64,000 bases of DNA, from assembly GCA_963729045.1 (NCBI GenBank), contig CAVSMN010000013.1:1-64000 (forward strand), read 5' to 3'. Positions 63,651 through 64,000 of the stretch are shown one piece after another. The notes beneath the pieces are model-generated. The model was not told where the DNA came from. It did not search any database and was given only the letters and a program-made list of their open reading frames with translations. This DNA is from an uncultured Nitrososphaeraceae archaeon. Its GTDB lineage: Archaea > Thermoproteota > Nitrososphaeria > Nitrososphaerales > Nitrososphaeraceae. The position numbers and the translations under genes are program-made. Positions within the stretch are counted from its first letter, which is position 1. Every line of letters starts with the position of its first letter.

Positions 63651-64000
63651 ATGCGAAGTGTTGACAGTAGTGAAGATCCTTTTGTAAAAATTGCATCTCT
63701 AATAGGAGGGGAAGAATATCATCATGTTGCCAAAGCACTGTTAAAGACTGAAGATTCAACCGACGAAGAAATTGCTGTTGCAACAGGTCTTCGAATAAAT
63801 ATTATTCGAAAAGTTCTATATGATCTTTTTGGAAAGGCTCTGATAACGGGTATTCGCGTTAAAGATGAGAAAAAGGGATGGTTTGTGTATAGATGGAGAG
63901 CAAAGAGAGATAATGTAGATAATTTTATTGACAATCAGAAGAAGAAAATATTGGAAAGATTGCAAAATAGACTTGAATATGAAGAATCATCCGAATTTTA
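63651..64000 (+). CDS. tfe: Transcription factor E (TFE), partial
   Basis: EDPFVKIASLIGG...TDEEIA..TGLRINIIRKVLYDL...GWFVYRW...RLEYE; runs off the window. Confidence 0.93.
   Translation, partial: MRSVDSSEDPFVKIASLIGGEEYHHVAKALLKTEDSTDEEIAVATGLRINIIRKVLYDLFGKALITGIRVKDEKKGWFVYRWRAKRDNVDNFIDNQKKKILERLQNRLEYEESSEF

Noticed and set aside
63722..63934. Minus-strand 70-aa ORF
   Set aside because: Antisense to tfe, which the track missed because it runs off the window

Overview
AT-rich archaeal chromosomal window, most consistent with a soil ammonia-oxidising thaumarchaeon of the Nitrososphaeraceae (Nitrosocosmicus-like). This assignment is inferred from TFE, DUF6659, F420-type PPOX proteins and typical two-component proteins. 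Ordinary content: a Moco biosynthesis/molybdate-uptake/Tat cluster around a sulfite-oxidase-family enzyme (21.6-32.7 kb), HflX, MarR+MFS, two class III cyclases, sensor kinases/receivers, a BacNav-type channel, SagB-like oxidase, a complete IS6-family element and TFE at the right edge. Many genes carry 1-2 nt frameshifts, usually in or beside homopolymers, which are probably assembly errors. The most striking unexplained signal is a dispersed family of six secreted Gln/Asn/Ser/Gly-rich proteins built from 1-7 copies of a ~48-aa repeat with a covarying C-x9-C pair. Four of them share a conserved upstream element and two share a 3' end, suggesting a co-regulated, disulfide-stapled amyloid-like or matrix fibre system. 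Other notable items are a PadR regulon readable from sequence (two unannotated small Cys-containing genes with identical operator architecture), a DUF72-DinB fusion next to a YgjP/SprT-like protein, a phased GACT array before an HTH/coiled-coil gene, and a probable dual Sec/Tat-targeted Mo enzyme. All family names come from motif recognition, not database searches.
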